The notes beneath the pieces are model-generated. The model saw only the letters and a program-made list of their open reading frames with translations, had not been told where the DNA came from and ran no database searches. Positions 1 to 10,703 of a stretch of DNA of 64,000 nt are shown here, piece by piece. Each line of letters starts with the position of its first letter. Position 1 is the first letter of the stretch. The position numbers and the translations under genes are program-made. Location: IMG/VR virus record IMGVR_UViG_3300037424_000485, positions 1 to 64,000 of that record; one strand, written 5' to 3'. This DNA comes from a virus (lineage: Duplodnaviria > Caudoviricetes).

Positions 1-1322
1 TTCTAGACTTGAATCTACAATTAACCCTAACTGTATTCTCCCATCTATATTTTCATCAGAAGATAAGGAAGATGTGACAGATACTAGGTCTATTACTGCC
101 AAAGTTCTGTTGATATTACCATTTTTAATGCGGTCGGCCTTCCTGATATTATAGGCATCCATGCCCCACTTGTGACTGTTGTTATATTTGATACTGTTGT
201 GAGATGATTAATATGTTGTGTGTCATCTCCTTCTAGTGTCGCTATTGTATGATATATAGTCATCTCAGAAGCACTTGCAGTATCTGCAATATTTTTCATT
301 TCAAACCTGAGAGGAAGGGCAGACGCATTTATTCTAGGGCCGAATGTAGTATTTGATAGTGTTTCAATATGTATTGTAAGTCTATTCCCTGTATCATCAA
401 ATGTTCCAAACCTGACACGATTGAATGGAGAATAATCTATCCAATACTTGTTGATTTTTGTAAAATCTAATATGAATCTTGAAGGGCCATTTCCATCAAC
501 TGTATCAATATTAAAATCTGGTTGACATATTTTAGTATCAACAATAGATCCAGTTGCATTCGATCTAGTAACAAGACACATTGATAAATCTCTAATCTCA
601 AGAAATACCCCATTTAAATCATAGTAAAATCCTGCCTGTCTATCAAGGCCCATTTTACCCCAATCACCAGATTGCATAACGAATTCCATATATAAACTTT
701 GATCAGGAGAAACAGGATGGAATTTATCTGTCATTATGTCAATATAGTCACCAGAGGTAGTACCAGTATGTAGAACACAATTTCCTGAGTTATACGTAAT
801 ATAAGCACCACCATTTATTGTGGTAGACATCTGTTTATTTATAGCTCTCTCAGAAAAAAGATATATACCTGTTTTTTTATCTACGCTGATTTTTGATTTT
901 CCAGATGCATCAAGTAGTTGATCTCCTTCTAGATATCTAACATATGCTTGTCCACCACGTCCAACTTTTAAACCATTTCTTGGATTGACAAAACTTGTTA
1001 TATTACTAACATTTGAGAAGAAGTCTTCAAAGGTATCAGCATAGCCCATTGATATACCATTTACAGTAAGCAACTCCCCTGGAATATAGCTATTTTGAGT
1101 TTCATTATCGGCATTGGTATAGTTCATTATGAGCATACCAGAAGTAGTTCCAAATATCTCAATTTGAAGAACCATTCCATCTATACCAGAATCTTCACCA
1201 TGTACGATAGTACCTTCTGCAAAATCTAGTATTTTATTTTTATAACGCAACATCATGGTTTTTCTGGCAAATATTTTCTTGCCAACACCATCAGGTGGTA
1301 ATTGATAATAATTAGTATGCAT
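1..1322 (-). CDS. Probable virion/tail structural protein; apparent frameshift at the A5 run near 122-126, with the shifted frame open to the left window edge
   Basis: ORF 93..1322 starts MHTNYYQLPPDGVGKK, beta-rich G/T/S composition, lies in the late operon; shifted frame reads NGNINRTLAVIDLVSVTSS...SLE for 40 codons without a stop. Confidence 0.5.
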
Positions 1323-1327
1323 TTATT

Positions 1328-2233
1328 TTATCCTTTATATTTACTTCTTTCAATTTTGGGAATATCTGTCCAAAGAATCCATCCTTTGCTAATATATTTA
1401 TCATAATTTATTACCACCTTTTTCTCTTTTGTTATTTTATTCACAACTTTTTTTCTACCTTTTATATTTTCAGAATGTTTTTCTCTAGCTTTTATACCCT
1501 CTTTAGATTTGTAATATGCTTGAACCCTTTCAGAATTTTTCTTTCTATTTTCTGGCTTATTTTGAAAGGCTTTGACTCTTTCTGAATTCTTTATTCTTGC
1601 CTCTGGTGTTCTTAAAGAAGCTAAACGGTTGCTTTCAAAAACAGGGTTTAATCTATTTTCTTTCATATTATCAGAACATATTTTCTTTTTATCAGGATCT
1701 GAATAATACTCTTTAAAAAATTCTCCTACTTCTTTTGCCTTATCAGGATTTTCTTTAAAATATTGCTTTCTTTTTTTAGATTGTTCCTTTCTGTTATCAT
1801 CATCACCCCAATATTCTTGATTTGATTTTGTTAGATTATCTCTGAATTCTTGATCATTATCCCAAAGGTGTTTTATATGCTTACCTATAGCTATTTTAGA
1901 CTTTTCCCTATAGTGTTCAAATAATCTACTATTTTTAATACAAATTATTTTATCATCATTATATCTATTTTTAATAGTAGAAAAAGATGTTATAGCTCGT
2001 ATCATATATCTAGATCTCTTATCATCTTCTCCAAATTCACTTTTAAACATTTTATATAACAATAAATGGGCTACATAATGCTCTCTATATGTCAACATAA
2101 CAGTCTCATTATTATGTCCATATATAGAAATAGGATATATATGATGATTCTCACCCTTACTTATATATATCCTTTCCTTTCCTTTGTTTATTAATTCGTC
2201 ATACCACTTTCCATACTTATTCTCTAATAACAT
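1328..2233 (-). CDS. HNH homing endonuclease (MobD/MobE-like N-terminal HNH, basic helical C-terminus)
   Basis: KWYDELINK...ENHHIYP...MLTYREHYVAHLLL; late promoter at 2267-2274 upstream. Confidence 0.8.
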   Translation of the reverse strand: MLLENKYGKWYDELINKGKERIYISKGENHHIYPISIYGHNNETVMLTYREHYVAHLLLYKMFKSEFGEDDKRSRYMIRAITSFSTIKNRYNDDKIICIKNSRLFEHYREKSKIAIGKHIKHLWDNDQEFRDNLTKSNQEYWGDDDNRKEQSKKRKQYFKENPDKAKEVGEFFKEYYSDPDKKKICSDNMKENRLNPVFESNRLASLRTPEARIKNSERVKAFQNKPENRKKNSERVQAYYKSKEGIKAREKHSENIKGRKKVVNKITKEKKVVINYDKYISKGWILWTDIPKIERSKYKG

Positions 2234-2329
2234 TTTATTTCTCCTTATTGTTTAACTTCTTACATGTATTTATATAAGTTGTGTAAACGATAAGGAGAAA
2301 ATATTAAATAAATGTATAAGTACCTGATA

Positions 2330-3964
2330 TTATGCAGGATTTGAATAATTTCTCTCCAAAGCAGCAACCAAAGAAAAGTTATTTGTTGTTGATTGGGTAA
2401 TTGTGCCTGTTGTCTTTACATACTGTCCTGTGCTCAGACCGATAGCAACAACCGTTACAGCAGCTGGTGTTCCAGGTGTTCTACCACCCTGTACATTACC
2501 ATCATAGTCAAAGGTAAATGATACTGAAGCTTGTGCAGATACAAGACCTGTAATAGGAACTGGTACTTCATCAGCATTTTCTACAATAACTGCATTTACA
2601 GTCCCGAAATCACCAGAAGGAACACTAGTAAAGAACATCCAGTATTTAGCATCGGCATCGGATTGTAAGTTGTCATTAAAGTTAATAGAGCCAGCAGCAA
2701 CATAAGGAAATAGTCTTTGAGTACCACCAGTGTCATAAAATTGAATATTGTTAGTATCACTTGATGTGAAATCATCAATAAAAACACCAGTAGCTGTTAC
2801 AAGAGTATCACCAACGAATGATAGAATAGCAGAAGCTGTATCACCCCTAACACTCCCAGGGCCTTCATCAATATCTGTTGTTTGACGAAGACTGTACTGA
2901 ACTTTCTCGTATATCTGTGCTGTAACCGCTCCTAATAGAGATGCAGGAGAAACAGTCCAGTTAACACTTTCAGCAGCTGTGAATGTATCACCAGTAACAT
3001 TAATTACTGTTGCTGTATTTGTACTCACATTGTATGATTTGCCAGCATCAGTACCAGTATGAATTTTTAAAATACCGCCATCGTAATAACCAATAGTCAT
3101 TGCCATGTCTATATCTGTTAAAGCTGTACCAGCGGCTGTGATACTACCAGCACTACCGCAATCAGTATCACATTGAATGATCTTATCAAATGAGTATCCA
3201 ATACCACCGATACGTCTTGTTTGGTTTGTATCAAAATATTTGATATCAATTAGGGTATATGGGGTTGTTCCAGCAATGGTTGCATCAGAATGTGTTACTT
3301 TAAGATCTACCCCATTTGAAAGAGGAAGAGCATATTTCTTATATGTTAGTGTGGTTAATGACTGTGCTGTAAGTAGATCATAGAAGTCATATGATTTAGC
3401 TTCTTCACGAAGATAAATATTGAAGAATCCACGGTAGTCAAAAGCACCATGAGCAGCATCACCAAAAATTTTAATAGCTTGGTTAACAGGGCCTGTCTCT
3501 ACAATATCTATTGGTGTACCACCATTTTCTTGAGTATAATATGCTTGATCTGCATTTGCATCATGGAAAGTACCCAGAGTAGTGAGATTCATGTACTCTT
3601 CAAAATTGACAGTGTTTGCAGCGTTATATAGCCGCCATCCACCATCACGGATCAAGTTGATGGTTTTGGTTGATAGAGCATCATCGGCCCAACTCCAACC
3701 ATTTACAAGCTCAAACTGTTCACCCGTAATGGAAATGAGTGGGAATGGGAATTTAATCAGGGTAGTATCTATTTTCCATTCTTCTTTACATTTTGAATAT
3801 ACACATTGTAATGTAACTCCATCATATGGGTCTAGTGTCGAAGCACCGGAAGTACCAGCTGATAATTGGATTGTTAAATCTGTTGTATTGAAATATAGAT
3901 GACCATCTGCCGCCGCTGAAGTTGTTCCAGTGCCAAGATTGTCAGGGTCTATGATTTTAGCCAT
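2330..3964 (-). CDS. Virion structural protein (tail/baseplate-associated)
   Basis: 544 aa T/G/A/D-rich; ends ERNYSNPA like its neighbour; late operon context. Confidence 0.55.
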   Translation of the reverse strand: MAKIIDPDNLGTGTTSAAADGHLYFNTTDLTIQLSAGTSGASTLDPYDGVTLQCVYSKCKEEWKIDTTLIKFPFPLISITGEQFELVNGWSWADDALSTKTINLIRDGGWRLYNAANTVNFEEYMNLTTLGTFHDANADQAYYTQENGGTPIDIVETGPVNQAIKIFGDAAHGAFDYRGFFNIYLREEAKSYDFYDLLTAQSLTTLTYKKYALPLSNGVDLKVTHSDATIAGTTPYTLIDIKYFDTNQTRRIGGIGYSFDKIIQCDTDCGSAGSITAAGTALTDIDMAMTIGYYDGGILKIHTGTDAGKSYNVSTNTATVINVTGDTFTAAESVNWTVSPASLLGAVTAQIYEKVQYSLRQTTDIDEGPGSVRGDTASAILSFVGDTLVTATGVFIDDFTSSDTNNIQFYDTGGTQRLFPYVAAGSINFNDNLQSDADAKYWMFFTSVPSGDFGTVNAVIVENADEVPVPITGLVSAQASVSFTFDYDGNVQGGRTPGTPAAVTVVAIGLSTGQYVKTTGTITQSTTNNFSLVAALERNYSNPA

Positions 3965-3975
3965 TGTTTATCTCC

Positions 3976-4176
3976 TTAATTTTTAACAATCTCAACGATT
4001 GCTGTGTAATTGCTATTCCAAAGCCTTACTATTGTTGGTGTTATATACTCAAGATAGTCGAAATGAAATATCCCACCAGAATATATTTCAGTATTTTTTA
4101 GATTAAGATCTGATATTTCAAATATCTGTCCGATATGTTTACCGTCTGTTGATTTTAATACCTTTAATTTAATCAT
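3976..4176 (-). CDS. Hypothetical protein
   Basis: 66-aa ORF with AAGGA RBS and late promoter at 4193-4200. Confidence 0.55.
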   Translation of the reverse strand: MIKLKVLKSTDGKHIGQIFEISDLNLKNTEIYSGGIFHFDYLEYITPTIVRLWNSNYTAIVEIVKN

Positions 4177-4213
4177 ATCTTTCCTTTACTATTATTTATA
4201 TATTATTTATAAA

Positions 4214-5785
4214 TTATATTGGATTGTTGTAGTTTCTATCAAATCTTTGAGATATTGGTATTGAAGAGTCATTAGCTCCTAATATATAGTTGATAATTCT
4301 TAAATATTCATATTCTATATTATGGATAACTATATCAATACCATTACCAACGTCAGCACCTTTATATGCAAAAGCAAATGTTGTTGAACTACTTTCAACT
4401 CCGTCAAGTTCTGTGGTTGTTCCAGTTGATAATATTCTTATTTCAGTACCTGCTATAAGACCTGTTAGTGTTAATGTAACTGATTGAACAACAGCTGTTG
4501 TTGCACCAATACCATTTCTAACACTAGGGGATTGTCCACCACCACCAACATTAAGAGTAATCAAACCACCTGAGTTATTGTAAAACATTGCGTCAGCACT
4601 TCCAGAACTCTCGACAAGATTTGATCCTCTTGTACCAGTGTATCCAGTGTCTGTATTTCCAGTCCATGCGTATGTACCTATGGTATCACATCTAACTGCA
4701 TGTTTAGTTCCACTAGATGTAAAATCACAATATGTTACCAGACTTGGGTTGTCGCTTAATATGGCTTTCTCGGTATCGAATGTCTTATCAAAAATACATC
4801 CAGTGAAAGTAGCTCCACCTTGTGTAACTAACCCACATCTACGATATATGGTACTTAGCAATGTAGAGTTTGATTGATATGTAAAAAACCCCATATCAGT
4901 AAAAGCACAGCTTGTTTTTGCAACAACGACATTGACAACAACTACAAAATCACCACGACTAACAGTACCAAGTGCGGTTATATTTACGGTATTCAATTCT
5001 ATATTTGATCCTATCGTGTTTATCTCTATTCTATTAAAGGTTGGTTTTACAAACAGTGTATTATCAATAACTATGCTAACGTTTGCATCTCTAAAATCAA
5101 CAAGAGAACCATACCCAAGATTCATCAAACCTTTGAATTTATAACCGCCTTCGATCTTCTTAAACAATCCCCACTTTGCATTGATATCATCATTAGCTAA
5201 TGCCATACCAGCAAAGGTTGCATAATTTGCTGTCTCTCCACCATTAACTCTAAACTCACCCCTTCCAAAACGGGTAGCGTCCATGCCTTGTGGTGATCCT
5301 TTAGCAACAGCAGTTATTGCTTTACATCCTATTCCACAATATCTATATGTAGTTCCTGGTGTTCCTGTTGTAACATCAGGAGTCACTTCTGGATCTGCTA
5401 CGAAGTTCTGCCAACCACCCTCTGGGTAAGATCCGAAATCATTACCACCAACATAGTATGCTCTATGGTTTGCTGTGTCTGCGCCGATTATCAGTGCCAC
5501 CCCGCCATTTGCTCTTGTATCAACAGCAGCAGCGGCCAGGAAAACCCCCCACATGAAGAAGTTCCATCCAGAAGTCCATGTGATATTTGATCCATAATCC
5601 ACGGCGATAGATCCCATACCAACTACAGCTAGAATTGCAGAACCATGTGATGTTCCTTGAATAGGAAAATCGGTATCAAGTGATTGTGTACGACCAGCTG
5701 TATAATTAGTAAATTCAAGAGAGGAGAAAGCACTTTCAAAAAGAAAAAAGGTTTGAAGGTCTGTTGTATATGTAGGTGTTGCCAT
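4214..5785 (-). CDS. Virion structural protein (tail-associated)
   Basis: 523 aa G/T-rich beta-type composition; ends DRNYNNPI. Confidence 0.55.
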   Translation of the reverse strand: MATPTYTTDLQTFFLFESAFSSLEFTNYTAGRTQSLDTDFPIQGTSHGSAILAVVGMGSIAVDYGSNITWTSGWNFFMWGVFLAAAAVDTRANGGVALIIGADTANHRAYYVGGNDFGSYPEGGWQNFVADPEVTPDVTTGTPGTTYRYCGIGCKAITAVAKGSPQGMDATRFGRGEFRVNGGETANYATFAGMALANDDINAKWGLFKKIEGGYKFKGLMNLGYGSLVDFRDANVSIVIDNTLFVKPTFNRIEINTIGSNIELNTVNITALGTVSRGDFVVVVNVVVAKTSCAFTDMGFFTYQSNSTLLSTIYRRCGLVTQGGATFTGCIFDKTFDTEKAILSDNPSLVTYCDFTSSGTKHAVRCDTIGTYAWTGNTDTGYTGTRGSNLVESSGSADAMFYNNSGGLITLNVGGGGQSPSVRNGIGATTAVVQSVTLTLTGLIAGTEIRILSTGTTTELDGVESSSTTFAFAYKGADVGNGIDIVIHNIEYEYLRIINYILGANDSSIPISQRFDRNYNNPI

Positions 5786-5806
5786 TATATTCCTATATCA
5801 TTTTTA

Positions 5807-7402
5807 TTATTTTACTATTTCAGTGGGTAAAACTATTCTTACAGTAGTTCCCAAGCCCTTCTTACTATTTATATGAATTGTGCCTTCTAATTCTTCTACA
5901 TATTTTTTTACAAAATATAATCCAAGACCTGTACCGCCCTGATTTTCATAAGTAGTCCATTTTTTCTGAAAGCAATGCTTTAAATCATCTTCAGACATTC
6001 CTATACCATTGTCTTTTATTTTAACAACACATCCAAGGTACGTGCATTTAATACTTATCTTAACACTAGGATGTTCTGGTTGTGCTATATCTACAGCTCT
6101 AATCGCATTATTAACTAGGTTCTCTATTATTTGTCTATATTTATAAGGAGATAGTTTTACCTTATAGTTATGTATATTAGATTCATCATAAAATATAAAA
6201 TTTTCTTTTGGTATTTTCTTAGTAGTATCTGCAAATTGTATAGCATTATAACACTTCTGTGTTAGTATGTTTATGTCATAAAACTTTACTTCGTTATAGT
6301 CTTTTGTATGTCCATAATCCTTCATTATTCTTAGAATAGATTTTATATGTTGAACATTTTCTTGTAGTATTTTTGTAGTGATAGGTATTCTTTTACAAAT
6401 CATTGATTTGGGACAATCGTGTACTATTATATTAGGATCTAGATAGTTATATTTCTTTTCTAGTATTTTTAGATATCCTTCCATTCCTGCAATAGGAGAT
6501 GCAAGTTCATGAGAAGTTCCTGTTATGAACAGTTCCTGCATATCTGATAATGTTTTTGATGATATTGTTTGTTCTTCTAATCTAACTATTGATTCTTTAA
6601 TAAATATCCAAGCTATTATCAATGGTGTTATATTAAGTATTGCATGTCTTATTATATCAATAATAAATATACTATTTGGTGTTATTAATAGTTCTAATAT
6701 TTTACCTAAATCATATAACATATACATACCGAATAGTGCGATAATAATATTTGATATCCACGTATCGTTATACTTATAGATTAGAAATATTGGATATAGT
6801 AGTAGTATAAATGATGATCCATGCCATACATAATCCATTATATAGAATTTATTTATAAAAAATATGGATATAATGAATATTAGCAATGATATAGAAATAC
6901 ATAATGATATATATTTCTGTCTATATTTTCTTTCTTTTGAAGTCTCATCCATTACATATCGTAGCAATGCCATTGATATTAATAGCATGGATATCATATG
7001 TAGAAAATGAGATAGTGGGGGGTATAATTCTATTAGAAGGGATGATAGTGGGGTATTTACAAAACTATGTATATGGATTATAAATCCATTAGAAGGATTA
7101 ATTATATCAGTATGAACAACAGTTAATATATAGGTAATTATTGAAATGGTTAATAGTATAATGTTTCTAAGAAACCCCATACCGAATCCCCATATTATAA
7201 GATTGTCTCTTTTCTCATCAAAGAAACCCCCCGTTCTATGAAGAATAGAAATAGAAAATAAAACAATAAACGATCCTGTGCCTATTAAATATCTTACTAT
7301 TTCAGTTTGTACACCTCCACCTTCTCCCGATGTACTTTTTAATATACTAAATATTATATCTAAAAAAGTATTATTTGTAATAATTTCATATAGATCAATC
7401 AT
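5807..7402 (-). CDS. Multi-pass membrane sensor histidine kinase (HisKA + HATPase_c)
   Basis: About 7 hydrophobic segments in the N-half; H-box FITGTSHELASPI, N-box IIENLVNNAIRA, G1 IKDNGIGM, F-box CFQKKWTT, G2 GGTGLGLYFVKKYVEELEGTI. Confidence 0.93.
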   Translation of the reverse strand: MIDLYEIITNNTFLDIIFSILKSTSGEGGGVQTEIVRYLIGTGSFIVLFSISILHRTGGFFDEKRDNLIIWGFGMGFLRNIILLTISIITYILTVVHTDIINPSNGFIIHIHSFVNTPLSSLLIELYPPLSHFLHMISMLLISMALLRYVMDETSKERKYRQKYISLCISISLLIFIISIFFINKFYIMDYVWHGSSFILLLYPIFLIYKYNDTWISNIIIALFGMYMLYDLGKILELLITPNSIFIIDIIRHAILNITPLIIAWIFIKESIVRLEEQTISSKTLSDMQELFITGTSHELASPIAGMEGYLKILEKKYNYLDPNIIVHDCPKSMICKRIPITTKILQENVQHIKSILRIMKDYGHTKDYNEVKFYDINILTQKCYNAIQFADTTKKIPKENFIFYDESNIHNYKVKLSPYKYRQIIENLVNNAIRAVDIAQPEHPSVKISIKCTYLGCVVKIKDNGIGMSEDDLKHCFQKKWTTYENQGGTGLGLYFVKKYVEELEGTIHINSKKGLGTTVRIVLPTEIVK

Positions 7403-7797
7403 CTAACCTGTTCTTTTATATAATCTATAATGTCATCATACCAGTTATCATCTAGTTTATTAAAATAGAGAAGTTCTTTTCTTTTCTCTATTATTCTTTT
7501 TATTTTATGAACTTGCTCACTAGAATCTTCACATCCAGTTAAAAAAATTATCATTGACTCTGGATATACTCTCATTATCTTTTCTGCAATATCCAAACCA
7601 GATACTCCATTTAATATAATATCCAATACTGCAATATCTGGTTTGTTATCATCTAACCAATGTAAAGTCTCTTTTCCACATGCTTTACTAGTGAATGTGT
7701 CAATCTTTACTTTACTTCCTAAATTCTCCATCTGTAGTAGCTCATTAAACGATTGAACTATCAGGTTTTCATCATCGACAAATATAACACTTTTCAT
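7399..7797 (-). CDS. Stand-alone response-regulator receiver (CheY-like)
   Basis: FVDDE acidic pocket, phosphoacceptor D59 (AVLDII), T87 (FLTG), K114; no output domain; ATGA overlap with the kinase. Confidence 0.92.
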   Translation of the reverse strand: MKSVIFVDDENLIVQSFNELLQMENLGSKVKIDTFTSKACGKETLHWLDDNKPDIAVLDIILNGVSGLDIAEKIMRVYPESMIIFLTGCEDSSEQVHKIKRIIEKRKELLYFNKLDDNWYDDIIDYIKEQVR

Positions 7798-8072
7798 TGC
7801 ATTGCCTTAATTACAAACTCTATTATGTTCACAATACCGTATATACCGGAAATAATACTACCTATAAGTATCATGGTAAATTTAACAGATTTGTAAACTA
7901 TTGATGATACATCTTGTTCTAAATCTCTAATTCTCTTCTCTAGTGCATCTACCTCTTTTACAAGTTTTAAATATCTGACTTCAAGGTTCTCATGCTTTAT
8001 ATTTATGTTTGAAAGATGACCAGCTATCGTCAGCTTTAATTTAAGAATAGCCTTATCTAATTCATGTATCAT
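7794..8072 (-). CDS. Coiled-coil protein with C-terminal transmembrane helix (holin/XhlA-like architecture)
   Basis: Heptad region LEVRYLKLVKEVDALEKRIRDLE then hydrophobic FTMILIGSIISGIYGIVNIIEFVI. Confidence 0.5.
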   Translation of the reverse strand: MIHELDKAILKLKLTIAGHLSNINIKHENLEVRYLKLVKEVDALEKRIRDLEQDVSSIVYKSVKFTMILIGSIISGIYGIVNIIEFVIKAMQ

Positions 8073-8563
8073 ATTCTTCTTGTCCTCTTGGCAGTAGTCA
8101 AATTGCGGAATGTTTTAACAAGGGTTCTTTTCACCTTTGATGAAAAGTCTCTAGCCCATGTAGATACAACAGCAGATTCCATTTCATCCATATGGATATG
8201 TTGAGCACCTTGTATATAGTAATTAGGCTTAAAGAAATATCTTCTTACAGCACCGCTTAGATATGGATACTTATTCTGAACTAAATCCCATGTAAATTCT
8301 ATATCACCATTGGAACGTGCATACTCATATTGCCATTCTTGAGTAAATTTCTTTCTTAGTGTTCTGGGTATATAGGAAAGATTCACGCCTTGAAAATATC
8401 GATGCTGGTGTCCTGTCCTAGGATGTATACCGTCTACCTTATACATTAAAATTATGATAGGTTCTGGGTCATTTTCCCAAGCCTGATACCGAAATTTATA
8501 TAACTCGCCCGACTTCCACACTACGCCATGTGAACGACTTTTTAATTTTAAGCTAATAGCCAT
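8069..8563 (-). CDS. gp2: DNA end-protector protein (T4 gp2-like)
   Basis: YKFRY...DPEPIII...FQGVNLSYIP...KYPYLSGAVRRY resembles gp2 family; near gp4. Confidence 0.65.
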   Translation of the reverse strand: MAISLKLKSRSHGVVWKSGELYKFRYQAWENDPEPIIILMYKVDGIHPRTGHQHRYFQGVNLSYIPRTLRKKFTQEWQYEYARSNGDIEFTWDLVQNKYPYLSGAVRRYFFKPNYYIQGAQHIHMDEMESAVVSTWARDFSSKVKRTLVKTFRNLTTAKRTRRI

Positions 8564-9395
8564 TTATTTCCTTTATATCAAATATGCCTTTAAATAGTTC
8601 TTCTTTTGTTATATCACAATGATAATCTTTGGATATATTATCCTTCTCTAATAACATTTGTAGATTATATATGTGTGATATAATATATGGCGGTATGTTG
8701 TTTTTAAACCCTCTCATGATGCTATATCTATGATCTAAATGATATTTACCCTTACCTCTAGGTAAATTATCAGGATTTATTATACTTTTATATCGTTTAT
8801 AATGTCTTTCTGATATCCTATAACAAATAACTCTATATAATTCCCATTCTGTTTTTATATCTTCTAATTTACAACCTCTTATATTTTCCCAATATTTTTT
8901 GTGTTGTTCTCCTCTTTGTGTGATAGTGTTTCTGTATTTTATTGAACTTTTTACACTATCACTCATATTATCTCTATACTCTTTTGTCTGTCTTGTTTTT
9001 ATATATTTTGTTCTTGTAATTGGATTTAACCAAGCTTTCTTTTGACTACAGCTATTACATATAAAATTTGAAGTAAATAGATCATATGCATTTGTTTGAT
9101 ATTCATTTTCACATTCTTTACAATAAACTATTAATTTTATTGATTTGTTTTTAGGTAAAAATACATCTAATGATATACCATCTACTCGTTCTTTTATATT
9201 ATGTCTTATATCTTCTGGTATATTACAAGATATTAAAGAGTGTTTATTTTTCCAACCTTCCTTACATGCACAACTAGGACATAACTGTATATCTTTTTTT
9301 CTTGTTATATAATAATAACCTTTCCATTCCTTATTACATCTATCACATTTAAATATACAACATGAAGTATTTGGTATTCTATTTCCTATTTGCAT
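8553..9395 (-). CDS. HNH-type homing endonuclease with CxxC zinc ribbons
   Basis: Several CxxC pairs; YHLDHRYSIMRGF...ISHIYNLQML; late promoter at 9404-9411. Confidence 0.7.
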   Translation of the reverse strand: MQIGNRIPNTSCCIFKCDRCNKEWKGYYYITRKKDIQLCPSCACKEGWKNKHSLISCNIPEDIRHNIKERVDGISLDVFLPKNKSIKLIVYCKECENEYQTNAYDLFTSNFICNSCSQKKAWLNPITRTKYIKTRQTKEYRDNMSDSVKSSIKYRNTITQRGEQHKKYWENIRGCKLEDIKTEWELYRVICYRISERHYKRYKSIINPDNLPRGKGKYHLDHRYSIMRGFKNNIPPYIISHIYNLQMLLEKDNISKDYHCDITKEELFKGIFDIKEINGY

Positions 9396-9420
9396 TATAA
9401 TATTATTTATAAGGAGCCAT

Positions 9421-9888
9421 TTATTTACCGTAATATGGAAGACCTTGCTCTTTATGCCATGCTTTTAATTCATCACGCACAGCCTGTGCAATTTTCTGAT
9501 ATGTGTCATAGTCAACAACATAATCAACACCGGATTTAAAAGATTTATTTGAAAAGAATTTCTTCTCAACATTTTGTGTTAATACACCAGCTGATATTGC
9601 TGTAGTGCCTTTAACTCCAATCATACCACTCTTTGATAGTTGAATGTCTTTATATTTATTATCTATATCTTCCCCTAGGAAGTTACTAATCTTATTTTCA
9701 ATTTTCATATTCTCTTCTTTTAAACCTAATTTATTTTTTGTTATTGTTGTTACTAATCCCCAAAATAAAGGATCGCTCTCTTGTTTTTCTTTTTTTGCAA
9801 TGGCCTTGGCTTCATCCCATGCTTTTTCAGCAGTTTGTAAAGATACCCCTGCTTTATCTGCTAGGCTTTTTAATGCTGGTGTTGGCAT
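9421..9888 (-). CDS. Hypothetical protein (possible prohead/core-associated; internal MKIENKISNFLGE motif)
   Basis: 155-aa ORF with RBS in late operon. Confidence 0.5.
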   Translation of the reverse strand: MPTPALKSLADKAGVSLQTAEKAWDEAKAIAKKEKQESDPLFWGLVTTITKNKLGLKEENMKIENKISNFLGEDIDNKYKDIQLSKSGMIGVKGTTAISAGVLTQNVEKKFFSNKSFKSGVDYVVDYDTYQKIAQAVRDELKAWHKEQGLPYYGK

Positions 9889-9897
9889 ATTATTTCC

Positions 9898-10698
9898 TTA
9901 TTTACATTTCCTCATATCATAGTATTTACAGCCATCTTGTTTATGTACTTCTTTATGACATTTTTTACATAATGTAATACAGTTATCAACATCTGCACTT
10001 TCAATAGGATTAATTTCTATCCCTTCAAAATGGTGACATTGTAAGTAATCACCTCTGGTTCCACATTTCTGACATGTCCAATTATCTCTTTCTAGCACCA
10101 TGTTACTTAGCTCGGATTGAACCTCTATACCGTTTGGAACAATAAGACCTGCTTTAATCATATCTCTTTTTATTAGGTCTTCTGTTTTTATTCCATATGA
10201 TGAACAGTTCTTTTTACATTTATCAGAACAATATAAATTTTGCTCTCCCCGATAATTTTCATTTCCTTTTAAAGTTTGTATCCTTCTCACTGTTTGATTT
10301 AAACTAGGTCTAAACCATTTACTACATTCACTGTGATGGCATTTAACTTCTAATACATTGGCATCATTTATTGATCTTCTACATTTGATACCATATGGTG
10401 AAAGTTGTGGCATATATGTTTCAAATGTTGCTAGATGTCTTTTTACAGTACCGCCTCTCCAACATGGATTGTTTTTACCTTTTATATTTATATTTTGGCT
10501 TTTATGAATAGATGAACAAGTTTTTCCACAAAAACTTCCTTTACCTTCATCAATTAATCTTTGTTTTGTAAAATATACATCTCCGCATATTTTACAGCTT
10601 TCTGTTCCTTCTCTTAATACTAAATATCTTTTATTATATCTAAATTTGCTGTTATCTGTAATTTTAAATTTATCTATATTATCCCATGATATTTTCAT
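9898..10698 (-). CDS. HNH homing endonuclease (window family, copy 1)
   Basis: VLERDNWTCQKC...CHHFEGIEINPIESADVDNCITLCKKCHKEVH. Confidence 0.88.
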   Translation of the reverse strand: MKISWDNIDKFKITDNSKFRYNKRYLVLREGTESCKICGDVYFTKQRLIDEGKGSFCGKTCSSIHKSQNINIKGKNNPCWRGGTVKRHLATFETYMPQLSPYGIKCRRSINDANVLEVKCHHSECSKWFRPSLNQTVRRIQTLKGNENYRGEQNLYCSDKCKKNCSSYGIKTEDLIKRDMIKAGLIVPNGIEVQSELSNMVLERDNWTCQKCGTRGDYLQCHHFEGIEINPIESADVDNCITLCKKCHKEVHKQDGCKYYDMRKCK

Positions 10699-10703
10699 AT
10701 TAT

